Part shown: positions 10,111 to 19,705 of the stretch, piece after piece
Layout of the letters: every line of letters begins with the position of its first letter
Numbering within the stretch: the stretch's first letter is position 1
NCBI GenBank assembly: GCA_042565725.1
Contig: JBHORK010000005.1
Span: forward strand, 4,370-68,369
Reading direction: 5' to 3'
Origin: Verrucomicrobiota bacterium
Lineage (GTDB): Bacteria; Verrucomicrobiota; Kiritimatiellia; UBA8416; JBHORK01
Length of the DNA stretch: 64,000 nt
Position numbers and translations under genes: made by a program
The notes under the pieces: generated by a model
What the model saw: only the letters and a program-made list of their open reading frames with translations
Databases searched by the model: none
What the model was told of the DNA's origin: nothing

Positions 10111-11664
10111 TTATTTCTCTCTTTGCTTCAGATTGCGCGCCGCCTTTGCATCTTTCATTTTCTGTTCAATCAACTCAGTTTCGCGCTCCGCATCCAGCAT
10201 ATCAAGATCGCTTATGAACGGTGAGGCAGGCAGGCCTTCTTTATTATAAAGCAGCTTAGTGTGTGTGTAAGGAGCATAATAGAAATAACGAACGGCAACA
10301 GGCTTCGCCACCGATTCACTGGAGACAACAACCGTGTTTCCCTTAATAACAGCCTTTGCCATATGCCAGTTCTTGTCTGAAGATGCCAACTCAAAATAGT
10401 CCAAATCAGACCCGGGCAGAAACTTAACAGCCTTAAATGGATCTTTTTTCCCAACTTTCAAGCCGCCGCCAATATAATCAAATTCCACAACAACCTCGTT
10501 ACCATTGATTCTAATGTCTTTGTAAACGGGGCCACTATAGGGAACATCAATGCCATAATCTTTTGCCAGCGCCCAGGCCGCCAGTCTTTTCCCTACCACC
10601 ACCTTTTCCGGAGGGTGAGCCGATGGGCCGCCAACATCAACCGCAACAGCCATCCCTGTGCTTTTCATTCCCAGCGTTTGACGCTGACATTCTCGCAAAA
10701 TGCCCCTGTTCCATTTCGAGGAAGGAGTGAGCTGAACATAATAGAAAGGGAAATCGCCCTGCCCCCATTTTTTGCGCCAGGACTGAATCATTGCGCGTTG
10801 TTTCAGATCATAAAGTTTTGCTTCTTCCATAGGAGCCACATTGGATTCACCCTGATACCAGAGCGCACCTTTTATTGCGTAAGGAACAACAGGATTAACC
10901 TTCGTATTAAAGATAACCGTTGAAAGCTGCGTCGACTCCTTTATCACAGCCTTGTCTTTAGGAGATTTTCTAAGAGCATCGATTTTCTCTTCATCCGCCG
11001 CAAGCTCCTTCTTCAATTCCGGATAAATATCAAAAGATTCCCGCGGCATATACACATCTATCTTTCTTCCGCCCCATGGTGTCATCAACATCCCAACAGG
11101 AACGTCGATTTGCGTAAAAAGTTCCTGAGCAAAGAAGTATGCCACTGCGCCGAGCGATGGTGCTGCTGAAGGCGAGCATATTATCCAGGACCCTCTGCAG
11201 GTATTCAGAGGATCTGCGCTAACAGAATGTCCATTACGAAAAAAACGAATCAAAGGATAATCAGCTTCTGCGACAATTTTATCGGTATCCGGTATTTTTG
11301 ATTTCAGAATAGACCAGCCCATATTGGACTGACCACTGGCATGCCAAACCTCTCCGACAAGAACACCTTTACAGGTAACAGTATTATTGCCCTTAATAAC
11401 CAGCTCGCGACCTGTAGCATTGGCTTTCATCGGGTCGAGCCTGATCATCCAGTTTCCGTCCTTATCGGCGCTAACAGTTTTCTCCTGCCCATCAAATGTG
11501 ACAGTAACTTTTTCGCCGGGATCAGCTGTTCCCCATACAGGCACCTGCATCCCACGCTGCAGGACTGCATTGTCGCAAAACATGCTTGCAGGAATGACAT
11601 CGCCCAAAACAATTGAAACGCAAAAGAATACAGTCGCCAGTAATACAAATATTCTTTTATTCAC
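10111..11664 (-). CDS. sialate O-acetylesterase (SASA family)
   Basis: 517 aa with signal peptide. GEVWHASGQSNM catalytic-serine block and ALWYQGESN block are typical of sialic-acid 9-O-acetylesterases. 4-nt overlap with the upstream GH2 gene. Confidence 0.8.
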   Translation of the reverse strand: MNKRIFVLLATVFFCVSIVLGDVIPASMFCDNAVLQRGMQVPVWGTADPGEKVTVTFDGQEKTVSADKDGNWMIRLDPMKANATGRELVIKGNNTVTCKGVLVGEVWHASGQSNMGWSILKSKIPDTDKIVAEADYPLIRFFRNGHSVSADPLNTCRGSWIICSPSAAPSLGAVAYFFAQELFTQIDVPVGMLMTPWGGRKIDVYMPRESFDIYPELKKELAADEEKIDALRKSPKDKAVIKESTQLSTVIFNTKVNPVVPYAIKGALWYQGESNVAPMEEAKLYDLKQRAMIQSWRKKWGQGDFPFYYVQLTPSSKWNRGILRECQRQTLGMKSTGMAVAVDVGGPSAHPPEKVVVGKRLAAWALAKDYGIDVPYSGPVYKDIRINGNEVVVEFDYIGGGLKVGKKDPFKAVKFLPGSDLDYFELASSDKNWHMAKAVIKGNTVVVSSESVAKPVAVRYFYYAPYTHTKLLYNKEGLPASPFISDLDMLDAERETELIEQKMKDAKAARNLKQREK

Positions 11665-14600
11665 TTTGATGACCCATAACTGCCAAGACTAATAACATCC
11701 TCAACAGACAACTTTGTTACAGGCGCGAATTCTTTGCCTGCCATATATTGCAATATACTGTGCCTGAACTGCCGCGCTACAGGACGCTGATCCAGATCAG
11801 TATCAAGATCAATACTGCACACGAACAATTTTCCTTTGCCGACACGCGCTTCAAAAGCCAAGCCCAACTTGCGATTGGTATAGTAATTATCTATAACCTG
11901 CACAATCGGCTTCAAATCCAACGGCATATTTTCAAGGATCATGGCGCCACCATTATGGACCAAATCCCACCATTGCCAGTTTGAATGATAATCGGTAGGA
12001 AATTTCTTGAACAACGGATGATCATGTTTCATAAGCAAGCCCAATGTGTGCGGCGGCTGCCAGTAGGTCCAGGCCACATTCCAGAACATGGGCGAAAAGC
12101 CCATTGCCACCTGGATATCCTTATCGTTAGCTTTCCTGTGGGTAGGTCTGCGGTCGCCACTGACCTTTTTAGGGTCGATCAGCAGCAGAACTTTCCCGCC
12201 ATTAGCCAAAGCTTTCTTTGCCGCATCATCTAATTCACGGACCACTACCACTTCGGACGGAACATCAACACTCACCTTTGCCGGGCAGAAAAACAGGTCC
12301 CAACTATTATTATATGATGTTCCCGCAAGAGAAACTGTAAGCTTAGCTTTTACAGCTTCGATAATAGAAGCAAGCGGCGCCTTTACGGTTCCTATCTGAT
12401 GAACATTGCCTGTCGGCACACTCTTTGTCTTCAGCTTGCCGCCCGCAAGCTTCTTTCCGTCAGCAGTGATCAACTGCCACGTCAGCACGGCGTCTTTCAA
12501 ATCTTTGGGACCATACTGCGCAAGATCTATGCGGGCAGCAAAAGTTTCGTCACTGGTCCACGTATATTTTTCTAGACGCGCCAGAGGTACAATCTCACTG
12601 CAGAACCGTCTGTATTCTTCTGCCGTAACATAAGGCTTGGGATTACATAAGCCATCAAGCACTCCGCACATACTGGTCCCCTGCCCTGTAAAGTCGTATA
12701 TCGACAGGATCTGGGTGCCGCCGAAATTCGGCGTGCGCAATGCGGCCTCAAATTCTTCTTTATGACAAAGCACCTGCAGTTTGCCGGCCGCCATCAGAAA
12801 ATCCTGTTCCTGATCACTGACTTTGCTGATATCAAAAGCATGTTTCAGTATCTCGTAATTAGTCGGCCTGAGACTGCCGTTAATCTTGGGTATAATTGAA
12901 AAATCAGGAAAAGCCATAAACTGACAGGATTCATGACCAATGAGAGGATGTTTATTTATATATTGCGAATAATCACTCATGGATTCAGGCTTCTGACTGA
13001 TAAGTCTTGCCTTCATACCTTCTACCCATCGATGCAGGCGCGGCTGCATTGGAATATGAAATTGAGAGTTAGGCGTTGAAGGCCAGCCGGAAGCGCTTGC
13101 ATAAAGACGTCTGGCATCTTTGTTCTTCCAGTGCTCAATCCATTTTTCCAGCCATTGGCGGGTAATGTTCTCTTTACCTCTTTTAACACTTGCCAGTTCA
13201 TTACCCACAGCGAAATGAGTAAAAGATGGATGATTGCCGAATTCCGCAACAATACGTTCAGACTCATTCCAAACCCAGTCGTCAAGATACTTACCTATTC
13301 CTAACTTACCGTCCGGTCCTACCGCCCAGACCATTTCCGGCTGGAGATAGAGCCCCAATTCATCTGCCGCGACAAACGCAGCATCAGGCGGACACCATGA
13401 ATGGAAACGAACATGATTAAGCCCATACTCCTTATACGTCTTTAAAATACGTTTCCATTCAGCAATTTCCATGGGCGGATAAGCTGTCAAAGGGAAGATA
13501 GCGCAATCAAGAGTTCCTCGCAAAAAAATCGAACGACCGTTAACAGTCATCTGCAAATCTTTTACGCGTATGTCGCGAAAGCCGGTACGTATAATCTTCC
13601 CGTCATAAAACTGCGCATCATCATCGGAACTGAGATCAATGCTTACATTATACAGATAAGGATCAAACTCATCCCAGAGCCGTAAACCTTCACCAAGCGG
13701 ATAATCAATCTCTACAGTCTTATCTATCCCGTCCATAGTCACAGTTTTTGTCAGCAATTCAGGGTCATGCTCGGGACTATCAGCATCAATAGCAATATCA
13801 ACGGTTCCTACATGTTCATAGTCATTGCCGATATCAATAATTACTTTTGCTGTTTTCTTTGCTATATCAGGTATCACCTTAACCTGCTTAATCCAGACCT
13901 GATCTGTAATATGAACAGCTATCTCTCCTATTATGCCGTTCCATGCCGTCTGGGTATGGTCTGTTATGGTATGCGAACGGTTCACTGCTATTATCGGCGG
14001 ATTATCAACGCGTATGGTAAGCACGTTCTTTGTCCCGACTTTTATATGCGAAGTCAAATTGTAACGATGGGTGGAAGCAATTGAATCCTGCACACCGATT
14101 TTATTGCCATTCAGCCAGACAGTGGTAGCGATGTGTGTACGTTCAAGCACTAATTCGTAGCGTTTCTGAAAATGGTCTGGCGGTATATCAAAGCTCCGCT
14201 GATACCATGCCGGGCCGATATAATGTTTCTTAGGGTTAAGAAAATACGGCAACCCGAATGACTCCGGTTTACGCCATTTATCAAATTCTTTTGCCTGAAA
14301 GAACTTATCCACTTTGATATGCGCAACCCACGGCGTATTGGTACTGAGATCATTGCCATAGCCCTGTTCCTGGAGAGATCCTGGAAGATTAATTGGTTTG
14401 GCAAGTTCTTTATTGAACCAAGCCTCACTTATGCCTTTATCGTCCGGATCAATCTGAAACTTCCATTTACCCGCAAGATTGATCCGATCCTCATCAGCAA
14501 GACAAGCCGGCTGTAAGATCGAGAATATTAAGGCGACAGTAAAAAGGCCTGAACATATATATTCTTTTATACGCATAACAACACAACCCTTCCCTATCAT
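11661..14600 (-). CDS. glycoside hydrolase family 2-like protein
   Basis: 979 aa. GH2 sugar-binding-domain pattern (TTVWLNGNKIGVQDSIASTHRYNLTSHIKVGTKNVLTIRVDN). TIM-barrel start (VNGRSIFLRGT...YGLNHVRFHSWCPP...ADELGLYLQPE). Start probably M9 at 14576. Confidence 0.75.
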   Translation of the reverse strand: MIGKGCVVMRIKEYICSGLFTVALIFSILQPACLADEDRINLAGKWKFQIDPDDKGISEAWFNKELAKPINLPGSLQEQGYGNDLSTNTPWVAHIKVDKFFQAKEFDKWRKPESFGLPYFLNPKKHYIGPAWYQRSFDIPPDHFQKRYELVLERTHIATTVWLNGNKIGVQDSIASTHRYNLTSHIKVGTKNVLTIRVDNPPIIAVNRSHTITDHTQTAWNGIIGEIAVHITDQVWIKQVKVIPDIAKKTAKVIIDIGNDYEHVGTVDIAIDADSPEHDPELLTKTVTMDGIDKTVEIDYPLGEGLRLWDEFDPYLYNVSIDLSSDDDAQFYDGKIIRTGFRDIRVKDLQMTVNGRSIFLRGTLDCAIFPLTAYPPMEIAEWKRILKTYKEYGLNHVRFHSWCPPDAAFVAADELGLYLQPEMVWAVGPDGKLGIGKYLDDWVWNESERIVAEFGNHPSFTHFAVGNELASVKRGKENITRQWLEKWIEHWKNKDARRLYASASGWPSTPNSQFHIPMQPRLHRWVEGMKARLISQKPESMSDYSQYINKHPLIGHESCQFMAFPDFSIIPKINGSLRPTNYEILKHAFDISKVSDQEQDFLMAAGKLQVLCHKEEFEAALRTPNFGGTQILSIYDFTGQGTSMCGVLDGLCNPKPYVTAEEYRRFCSEIVPLARLEKYTWTSDETFAARIDLAQYGPKDLKDAVLTWQLITADGKKLAGGKLKTKSVPTGNVHQIGTVKAPLASIIEAVKAKLTVSLAGTSYNNSWDLFFCPAKVSVDVPSEVVVVRELDDAAKKALANGGKVLLLIDPKKVSGDRRPTHRKANDKDIQVAMGFSPMFWNVAWTYWQPPHTLGLLMKHDHPLFKKFPTDYHSNWQWWDLVHNGGAMILENMPLDLKPIVQVIDNYYTNRKLGLAFEARVGKGKLFVCSIDLDTDLDQRPVARQFRHSILQYMAGKEFAPVTKLSVEDVISLGSYGSSK

Positions 14601-14663
14601 TTACTCCTCACGATTGTCAAAAGAATGAATAGTTTTAAACAGGAACAGGATCGCGATGTTTTT

Positions 14664-14873
14664 TTATGCATCACACATTTCTTCAAGTGTCTTTCCTCTG
14701 GTCTCTTTCACAAAAAGAGAGACAAAGAAAATCGACAAAAAGGCAAAACCAGCATAAATGCCATACGCTCCGCCCAATCCTATTCTTTTAAGAAACACCG
14801 GAAACGTCATGGTTATGACAAAATCTGTTCTACACAAGGCTATAGCAGCAACATTACAAAAGCTTAAGAGCAT
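14664..14873 (-). pseudogene. remnant C-terminal fragment of a second MFS sugar porter
   Basis: The 69-aa ORF ends ...FPVFLKRIGLGGAYGIYAGFAFLSIFFVSLFVKETRGKTLEEM, which is the last TM helices plus the conserved 'ETKGK(S/T)LEE(M/I)' tail of sugar porters. The intact neighbour ends YIPETKGKSLEQIE. No N-terminal 400 aa are present. Confidence 0.6.
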
Positions 14874-14892
14874 CCTGAGAATTTTATTTTAA

Positions 14893-16311
14893 TCATGTTC
14901 TTGATAATTCTTTTTCAATCTGCTCAAGACTCTTGCCTTTTGTTTCAGGAATATATTTCTTGATATACAGAATACCCAGGAAACAAATGACGGCATAAAT
15001 CCAGAAAGTATAGGAAGGGCCTAAAGCCGCTTTAAGCATAGGAAAAGTTTGATTCAAAACGAAATTAGCAGCCCATAGACTCAGCACTGCAATTGATACT
15101 GCAATACCCCTGACGCTATTGGGAAATATTTCTGAAATCAATATCCATGCAACAGGACCTAGGGTTGCGGCAAAGAACGCTATAGCCGTAAGAGCTAAAA
15201 CAAATACATACCAACCTTGAATTTCTGCAAAAAAACAAAAACCCAGCAACACATAAGTCACAAGAAGACCGGCAGAGCCAATTATCATTAACAACTTTCT
15301 ACCCAGACGATCAACTGCCGCCATACCAACGAAAGTAAATGTAAGATTAGTTAACCCAATAATGACCAAATTAAACATAACACCACTAACCTCATATCCT
15401 GCGTCACGAAAAATGTCTGAAGCATAAGTGAAAATCACATTGATACCACACCACTGCTGAAACACTGCAATAATTACACCCATGATAACTATACGAAGTA
15501 TCTGAGGTTTCAGAAGCTCACTAAATCCAGCTTGTTTATGTTCCTCATCCAAAGTCCCTTCGATATCCAATAAAGTCTCTTTTGCGTGCGCATCTCCCCC
15601 AATTCTCTCCAAAATCTTCCGGGCTTCTTCATCCCTACTTTTCTTGACCAGCCAACGGGGGCTATATGGAACAAAGAACATACAAACGATGAATATAAAT
15701 GCAGGAACCGCCTCCGCAATAAACATCAACTTCCATCCTGTTTGACCATTCCAAGTCTGCAAAAGAGCTTCACTCGCCAGCCCATCAGCAACAGGATGTG
15801 AGTTTGCAATGAGGTAATTTACAAATTGAGCCAGAAGAATACCTATCACTATGGTCAATTGATTAACTGCTACAAAACGACCACGTAATTTTGCGGGAGC
15901 AATTTCCGCGATATACATTGGAGAAATAGTCGAGGCCATACCCATTCCAATACCGCCTAGAATACGATAAAGCACAAACTGGGTAAAGGTGGGCGCAAGA
16001 CCTGAGCCTATAGCAGAAACCAGAAAAAACAATGCAGACAGAATTAAAAGCCTGACACGACCATACTTGTCAGCAGCCTTACAAACTCCTAAACCAAAAG
16101 CGCCAATCATACACCCTACAACACAGGAACTCACTGCCCACCCCTGTAGTAATCCGGAATCACCAAGCCCGAAATAGAGCTCATAAAACTGCATCGCTCC
16201 TGAAATCACAAGAAGGTCATAGCCAAATAAAAGGCCGCCCATCGCAGCAGAAAAAGTTAGAAACATAAGATACCCAAGATTCAGCTTTGATGATTTTTCT
16301 TCTATATTCAT
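14893..16311 (-). CDS. MFS sugar porter family transporter
   Basis: 472 aa, 12-TM pattern. GFLFGYD, D(K)YGR(V/R)R, PESPRWL-like (PYSPRWLV) and PETKGKSLEQIE motifs. Confidence 0.9.
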   Translation of the reverse strand: MNIEEKSSKLNLGYLMFLTFSAAMGGLLFGYDLLVISGAMQFYELYFGLGDSGLLQGWAVSSCVVGCMIGAFGLGVCKAADKYGRVRLLILSALFFLVSAIGSGLAPTFTQFVLYRILGGIGMGMASTISPMYIAEIAPAKLRGRFVAVNQLTIVIGILLAQFVNYLIANSHPVADGLASEALLQTWNGQTGWKLMFIAEAVPAFIFIVCMFFVPYSPRWLVKKSRDEEARKILERIGGDAHAKETLLDIEGTLDEEHKQAGFSELLKPQILRIVIMGVIIAVFQQWCGINVIFTYASDIFRDAGYEVSGVMFNLVIIGLTNLTFTFVGMAAVDRLGRKLLMIIGSAGLLVTYVLLGFCFFAEIQGWYVFVLALTAIAFFAATLGPVAWILISEIFPNSVRGIAVSIAVLSLWAANFVLNQTFPMLKAALGPSYTFWIYAVICFLGILYIKKYIPETKGKSLEQIEKELSRT

Positions 16312-16353
16312 GACTATCCTTTCGTTACAAATTCATTCAGCTTTGCTTTACTT

Positions 16354-17610
16354 TTATGCATTTCCCACTGCCCTGAACATTGCCAGCACATTCTCGACAG
16401 GAGTTTTACATTGAATTACATGGATGGCATTAAATATAAGACCGTTCTTCTTTGAAAGAATTCTTACCCTTTCCTCAACTTCACGAGAAACTTCTTCAGG
16501 CGTTCCGAACGGCAGTGTTTTCTGAGTATCCACGCCGCCGCCCCAGAATACTATCTCATCACCATATTTCTCAACCAGCATTTCAGGGTCCATTCCCGCT
16601 GCCGAGCATTGCACCGGGTTAAGAACATCATATCCGGCTTCGATAAACCTTGGTATCATTGGTTCGCAGGCGCCACAACAATGTTTGATTGTTTTCCATT
16701 CGGTATGTTTATGAATATAATCATTTACTTTCTTCGCGTGCGGCAAATATAATTCGGAATAGGTGTCGGGTGAGCAGAAAAGACTTTCCTGCGTGGCAAA
16801 ATCCGCACCATCCATATTCACCAACTGCACTTTGTTGCCGACGGCATCATAAATAGTTTTTACGTTTTCAATACATATACCAGCTTGTTGCGCAAACACT
16901 TCCTGCAGATAATCCCTGCGTGTTACTGTACTGATGTACCACTCTTCTATATCACGTATTCCTTTGGGATCTTTCATCCAGGGTGCGGGCACCAGGGCAA
17001 TATCTCCAAAAGCTGCCCCGGGCATTCCAATCGTGATAGCTAAATCCGTATTATGAAAAAGATCTTCCACGCCCTTTTTCAAGAAACCCAGATCTTCGTT
17101 GGAGATGGGACCAAATTCCTCAAGGTTGTCTTTTGGGTCAAGCTTGTTGTCATCAACAGGATGCTGACGCATAATTGCGTCAACATAGAATCCGCCTTTG
17201 GGCATACGGCCGGATGGCGGGACAGTCTTATCACCTTCGGGATACTGGAGAATGTCACCGTTCTCGCCGGGGTCGGTATTAAATAAACCCGGAACAAGCA
17301 CTGGGGTCCCTTCAAATGTTGTCCATGGTTTCCAATCGCTCAACGGATGGCCAAACATGGAACATCGTCCGGGCACCAATGCGATATCAAGATTCAGAGC
17401 CTGAATCAAATCCAGACCAATATGACCTGCCATCTGGTAACAATCTATTACCTTTACGGGTGTCCCCGGATTATCAAGACCAAGTGCCTGACGTAATGCA
17501 TACACAACACTTACATGCGCACCACTGCAATGCATGCCGCCAAGGTCTACGGACACACGATCTGCCGGCTCATGATTAAGAGTCTGCGCTACTCTCTCTC
17601 TACTAGTCAT
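16354..17610 (-). CDS. uroporphyrinogen decarboxylase (URO-D) family protein
   Basis: Start moved to M20 (ATG 17610), which has AAGGAG 4 nt upstream. MTSRERVAQTLNHEPADRV opening and overall length fit the URO-D/MtaA-like family often found in glycan loci. Function not inferable. Confidence 0.65.
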   Translation of the reverse strand: MTSRERVAQTLNHEPADRVSVDLGGMHCSGAHVSVVYALRQALGLDNPGTPVKVIDCYQMAGHIGLDLIQALNLDIALVPGRCSMFGHPLSDWKPWTTFEGTPVLVPGLFNTDPGENGDILQYPEGDKTVPPSGRMPKGGFYVDAIMRQHPVDDNKLDPKDNLEEFGPISNEDLGFLKKGVEDLFHNTDLAITIGMPGAAFGDIALVPAPWMKDPKGIRDIEEWYISTVTRRDYLQEVFAQQAGICIENVKTIYDAVGNKVQLVNMDGADFATQESLFCSPDTYSELYLPHAKKVNDYIHKHTEWKTIKHCCGACEPMIPRFIEAGYDVLNPVQCSAAGMDPEMLVEKYGDEIVFWGGGVDTQKTLPFGTPEEVSREVEERVRILSKKNGLIFNAIHVIQCKTPVENVLAMFRAVGNA

Positions 17611-17726
17611 AATTCTCCTTAAACGATTATTATATATCTTAAATTGTTGCACATAAAAAAGATTCATATTGATTATCGCATAAAACCGGTCTTATTGAGA
17701 ATACCTGCTGTTACAAAATATATATC

Positions 17727-17754
17727 TGACATTATAAAGCACAATTGACATTAT
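17727..17754 (+). promoter_or_regulatory. direct repeat TGACATTAT x2 (19-bp register) upstream of the AraC gene
   Basis: tgacattat at 17727-17735 and 17746-17754, in the divergent region between the URO-D-like and AraC genes. Confidence 0.3.
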
Positions 17755-17775
17755 GCGGATTTAGTACGATAATTC

Positions 17776-18609
17776 ATGGGAATTATGGTAAATTATGACG
17801 GTATAAACGTTAAATGGCATGATAGGCATATTTCATCCCCCGATGCTGTTATTGGCAAAGTAATATATCAGCCCGGCGGTATTTGCGGGCCGCGGATCCA
17901 ACGGGATTATCAGCTTGTAGTCCTACACTCGGGAGAATGCGAATTACTTCTTGATAAGGAAAAGCGCACATTAAAGAATGGGCATATCAGCCTTCTGCTT
18001 CCAAACCATAAAGAACACTTCATTTTCTCTAAAGAAAAGGAAACGCACCATTCCTGGTGTAGTATCGCCCCAAAAGTTTTGCCAAGACAGTTAAAACAAC
18101 AACTTGCTGAAGCTCCGTTCATGGTTCCCTGCTCAGAAGCGTTTAATCAACTGTTGTCGTCGGCTTTTCTCCTTGAGTGGTCAAAAAGTAACGACGCAAA
18201 TAATATTATTAACTCGCTTGCCACAACCAGTTTTTTTGAATTCCTGAATATTGCTCGAAGGATCTCCGAAGAAAAAGGGGTTGATACCTGCGTTACAAAA
18301 ACACTCAGCTATATGGGAAAACATTTTGTCGACAAAAACTGCCTCATTAAGAGCCATGAATATGCGGGAGTGTCGCGTTGTACCCTGATTAACAAATTCA
18401 AAGAATCGATGCAATCAACACCAGACCGTTATTTATGGAAACTACGCACCGAAAAAGGGATATCTTTGCTGATGGACACAGGTTTAACAGTCTCTGAAAT
18501 TGCTTACCGATGCGGGTTTCCAACTCCATTCCACTTTTCCAGAAAGGTAAAAGAACTGCAGGGTATGTCGCCAAGAGAAATCCGGCGCAGGATTTGGACA
18601 GGAAAATAG
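17776..18609 (+). CDS. AraC family transcriptional regulator
   Basis: 277 aa. N-terminal cupin-like region. C-terminal dual HTH (GVSRCTLINKFKESMQSTPDRYLWKLRTEKGISLLMDTGLTVSEIAYRCGFPTPFHFSRKVKELQGMSPREIR). Confidence 0.85.
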   Translation: MGIMVNYDGINVKWHDRHISSPDAVIGKVIYQPGGICGPRIQRDYQLVVLHSGECELLLDKEKRTLKNGHISLLLPNHKEHFIFSKEKETHHSWCSIAPKVLPRQLKQQLAEAPFMVPCSEAFNQLLSSAFLLEWSKSNDANNIINSLATTSFFEFLNIARRISEEKGVDTCVTKTLSYMGKHFVDKNCLIKSHEYAGVSRCTLINKFKESMQSTPDRYLWKLRTEKGISLLMDTGLTVSEIAYRCGFPTPFHFSRKVKELQGMSPREIRRRIWTGK

Positions 18610-18623
18610 TCCGCATATTGCAT

Positions 18624-18743
18624 GAACAAAACGAAAAGGTTTTAGTAAATGTTTAAAATAATAGTGTTTACAGGTGTTTTAAATGTAAAATGAAGAATTA
18701 CACTTTGTAACTCTAATATTTAAGAATATTTTTCGTTTTGTTC
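18624..18743. repeat. long hairpin (14-bp perfect terminal inverted repeat) between convergent genes
   Basis: gaacaaaacgaaaa (18624-18637) and ttttcgttttgttc (18730-18743) are exact reverse complements flanking about 90 bp of AT-rich sequence. Confidence 0.7.
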
Positions 18744-18783
18744 ACCGGAAGGTCAGCTTCATACAACGCATCGCCTTTGTTCT

Positions 18784-18829
18784 GAGGTGTTCGGCATAGA
18801 TATCCCGCTACAGCGGGACCAAACACCTC
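18784..18829. terminator. nested GC hairpin in convergent intergenic region (possible bidirectional terminator)
   Basis: gaggtgttcgg...ccaaacacctc (10/11 complementary) encloses cccgc-taca-gcggg. It lies between the AraC (+) and MlaD-like (-) gene ends. Confidence 0.4.
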
Positions 18830-18883
18830 ACGCCGCGGCGCTGCATTACCTGAAACTGATGCAATAAGCGGAATAGTCTGCTC

Positions 18884-19705
18884 CTAAAATGCGCCGAAGA
18901 ATATACTGGTAAAAGTAACTACCGGCGCTGTTTCGCGGAAATCATCAATTGCTGCGCGGGTTTCTTCCAGAATCTGTTTGAGCTCTTCGTAAAGATCGTC
19001 GTCCTGAATCAAGCGTCCGACCATTCCCTCTCCTTTTTCGATACGTTCGGAGATAATTTTTATTGAAGCCATAGTAGCCTCAAGATCTTTATAAAATTTA
19101 TCATCGTCTGAAAGCAACCTTGCCAGAGAGCCTTTCCCTCTATTCAGGCGTGAAGTAACCTCCTGCATATCCAATGTGATCTTTTTGAAATTGTCCAGAA
19201 CGCCTCCTTCCTCGACAAAGTTCCCTTTCACCGAATTTACAAGCTCTGCTGCATCTGCCATAAGATCATAAGGTTTCTGCCCGATGAATTGATGACATGG
19301 AATATCAATCAAATCATTTTCTTCCGGCCCTTCGTAAATCTCCAGATACCTGCCGCCAAGAATGGATGTAGAGACAATGGTTATTTTATAGCCCAAACGC
19401 ATTTTCAGTCGCTTTTTGAGTGTTAAAGTAACATTAACACCTCCTTCATCTTCATCTAACTCCAGATCACTGACTTCACCTATCGGCATTCCGCGGGCTA
19501 CTACGTTATCCTTTTCCCGCAAGCCCATGACATCTTTAAAAAGCACATTCATAGTGTACTTATCCTGTCCCCATTTCTTTCCCGATAATACAAAAGTGAA
19601 AGACGCAAGACCTAATAATACAACAACCATGAAAACCCCAACTATAACCTCCACGGTCAATTCTCTCTCAACCCAATCTTTTTTCATTTCGTATTCCTTT
19701 CCCAA
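18884..19705 (-). CDS. mlaD: MlaD/MCE-domain protein
   Basis: 273 aa. N-terminal TM helix followed by an MCE-type barrel (VLFKDVMGLREKDNVVARGMPIGEVSDLELD). Last gene of an ABC operon. Confidence 0.8.
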   Translation of the reverse strand: MGKEYEMKKDWVERELTVEVIVGVFMVVVLLGLASFTFVLSGKKWGQDKYTMNVLFKDVMGLREKDNVVARGMPIGEVSDLELDEDEGGVNVTLTLKKRLKMRLGYKITIVSTSILGGRYLEIYEGPEENDLIDIPCHQFIGQKPYDLMADAAELVNSVKGNFVEEGGVLDNFKKITLDMQEVTSRLNRGKGSLARLLSDDDKFYKDLEATMASIKIISERIEKGEGMVGRLIQDDDLYEELKQILEETRAAIDDFRETAPVVTFTSIFFGAF

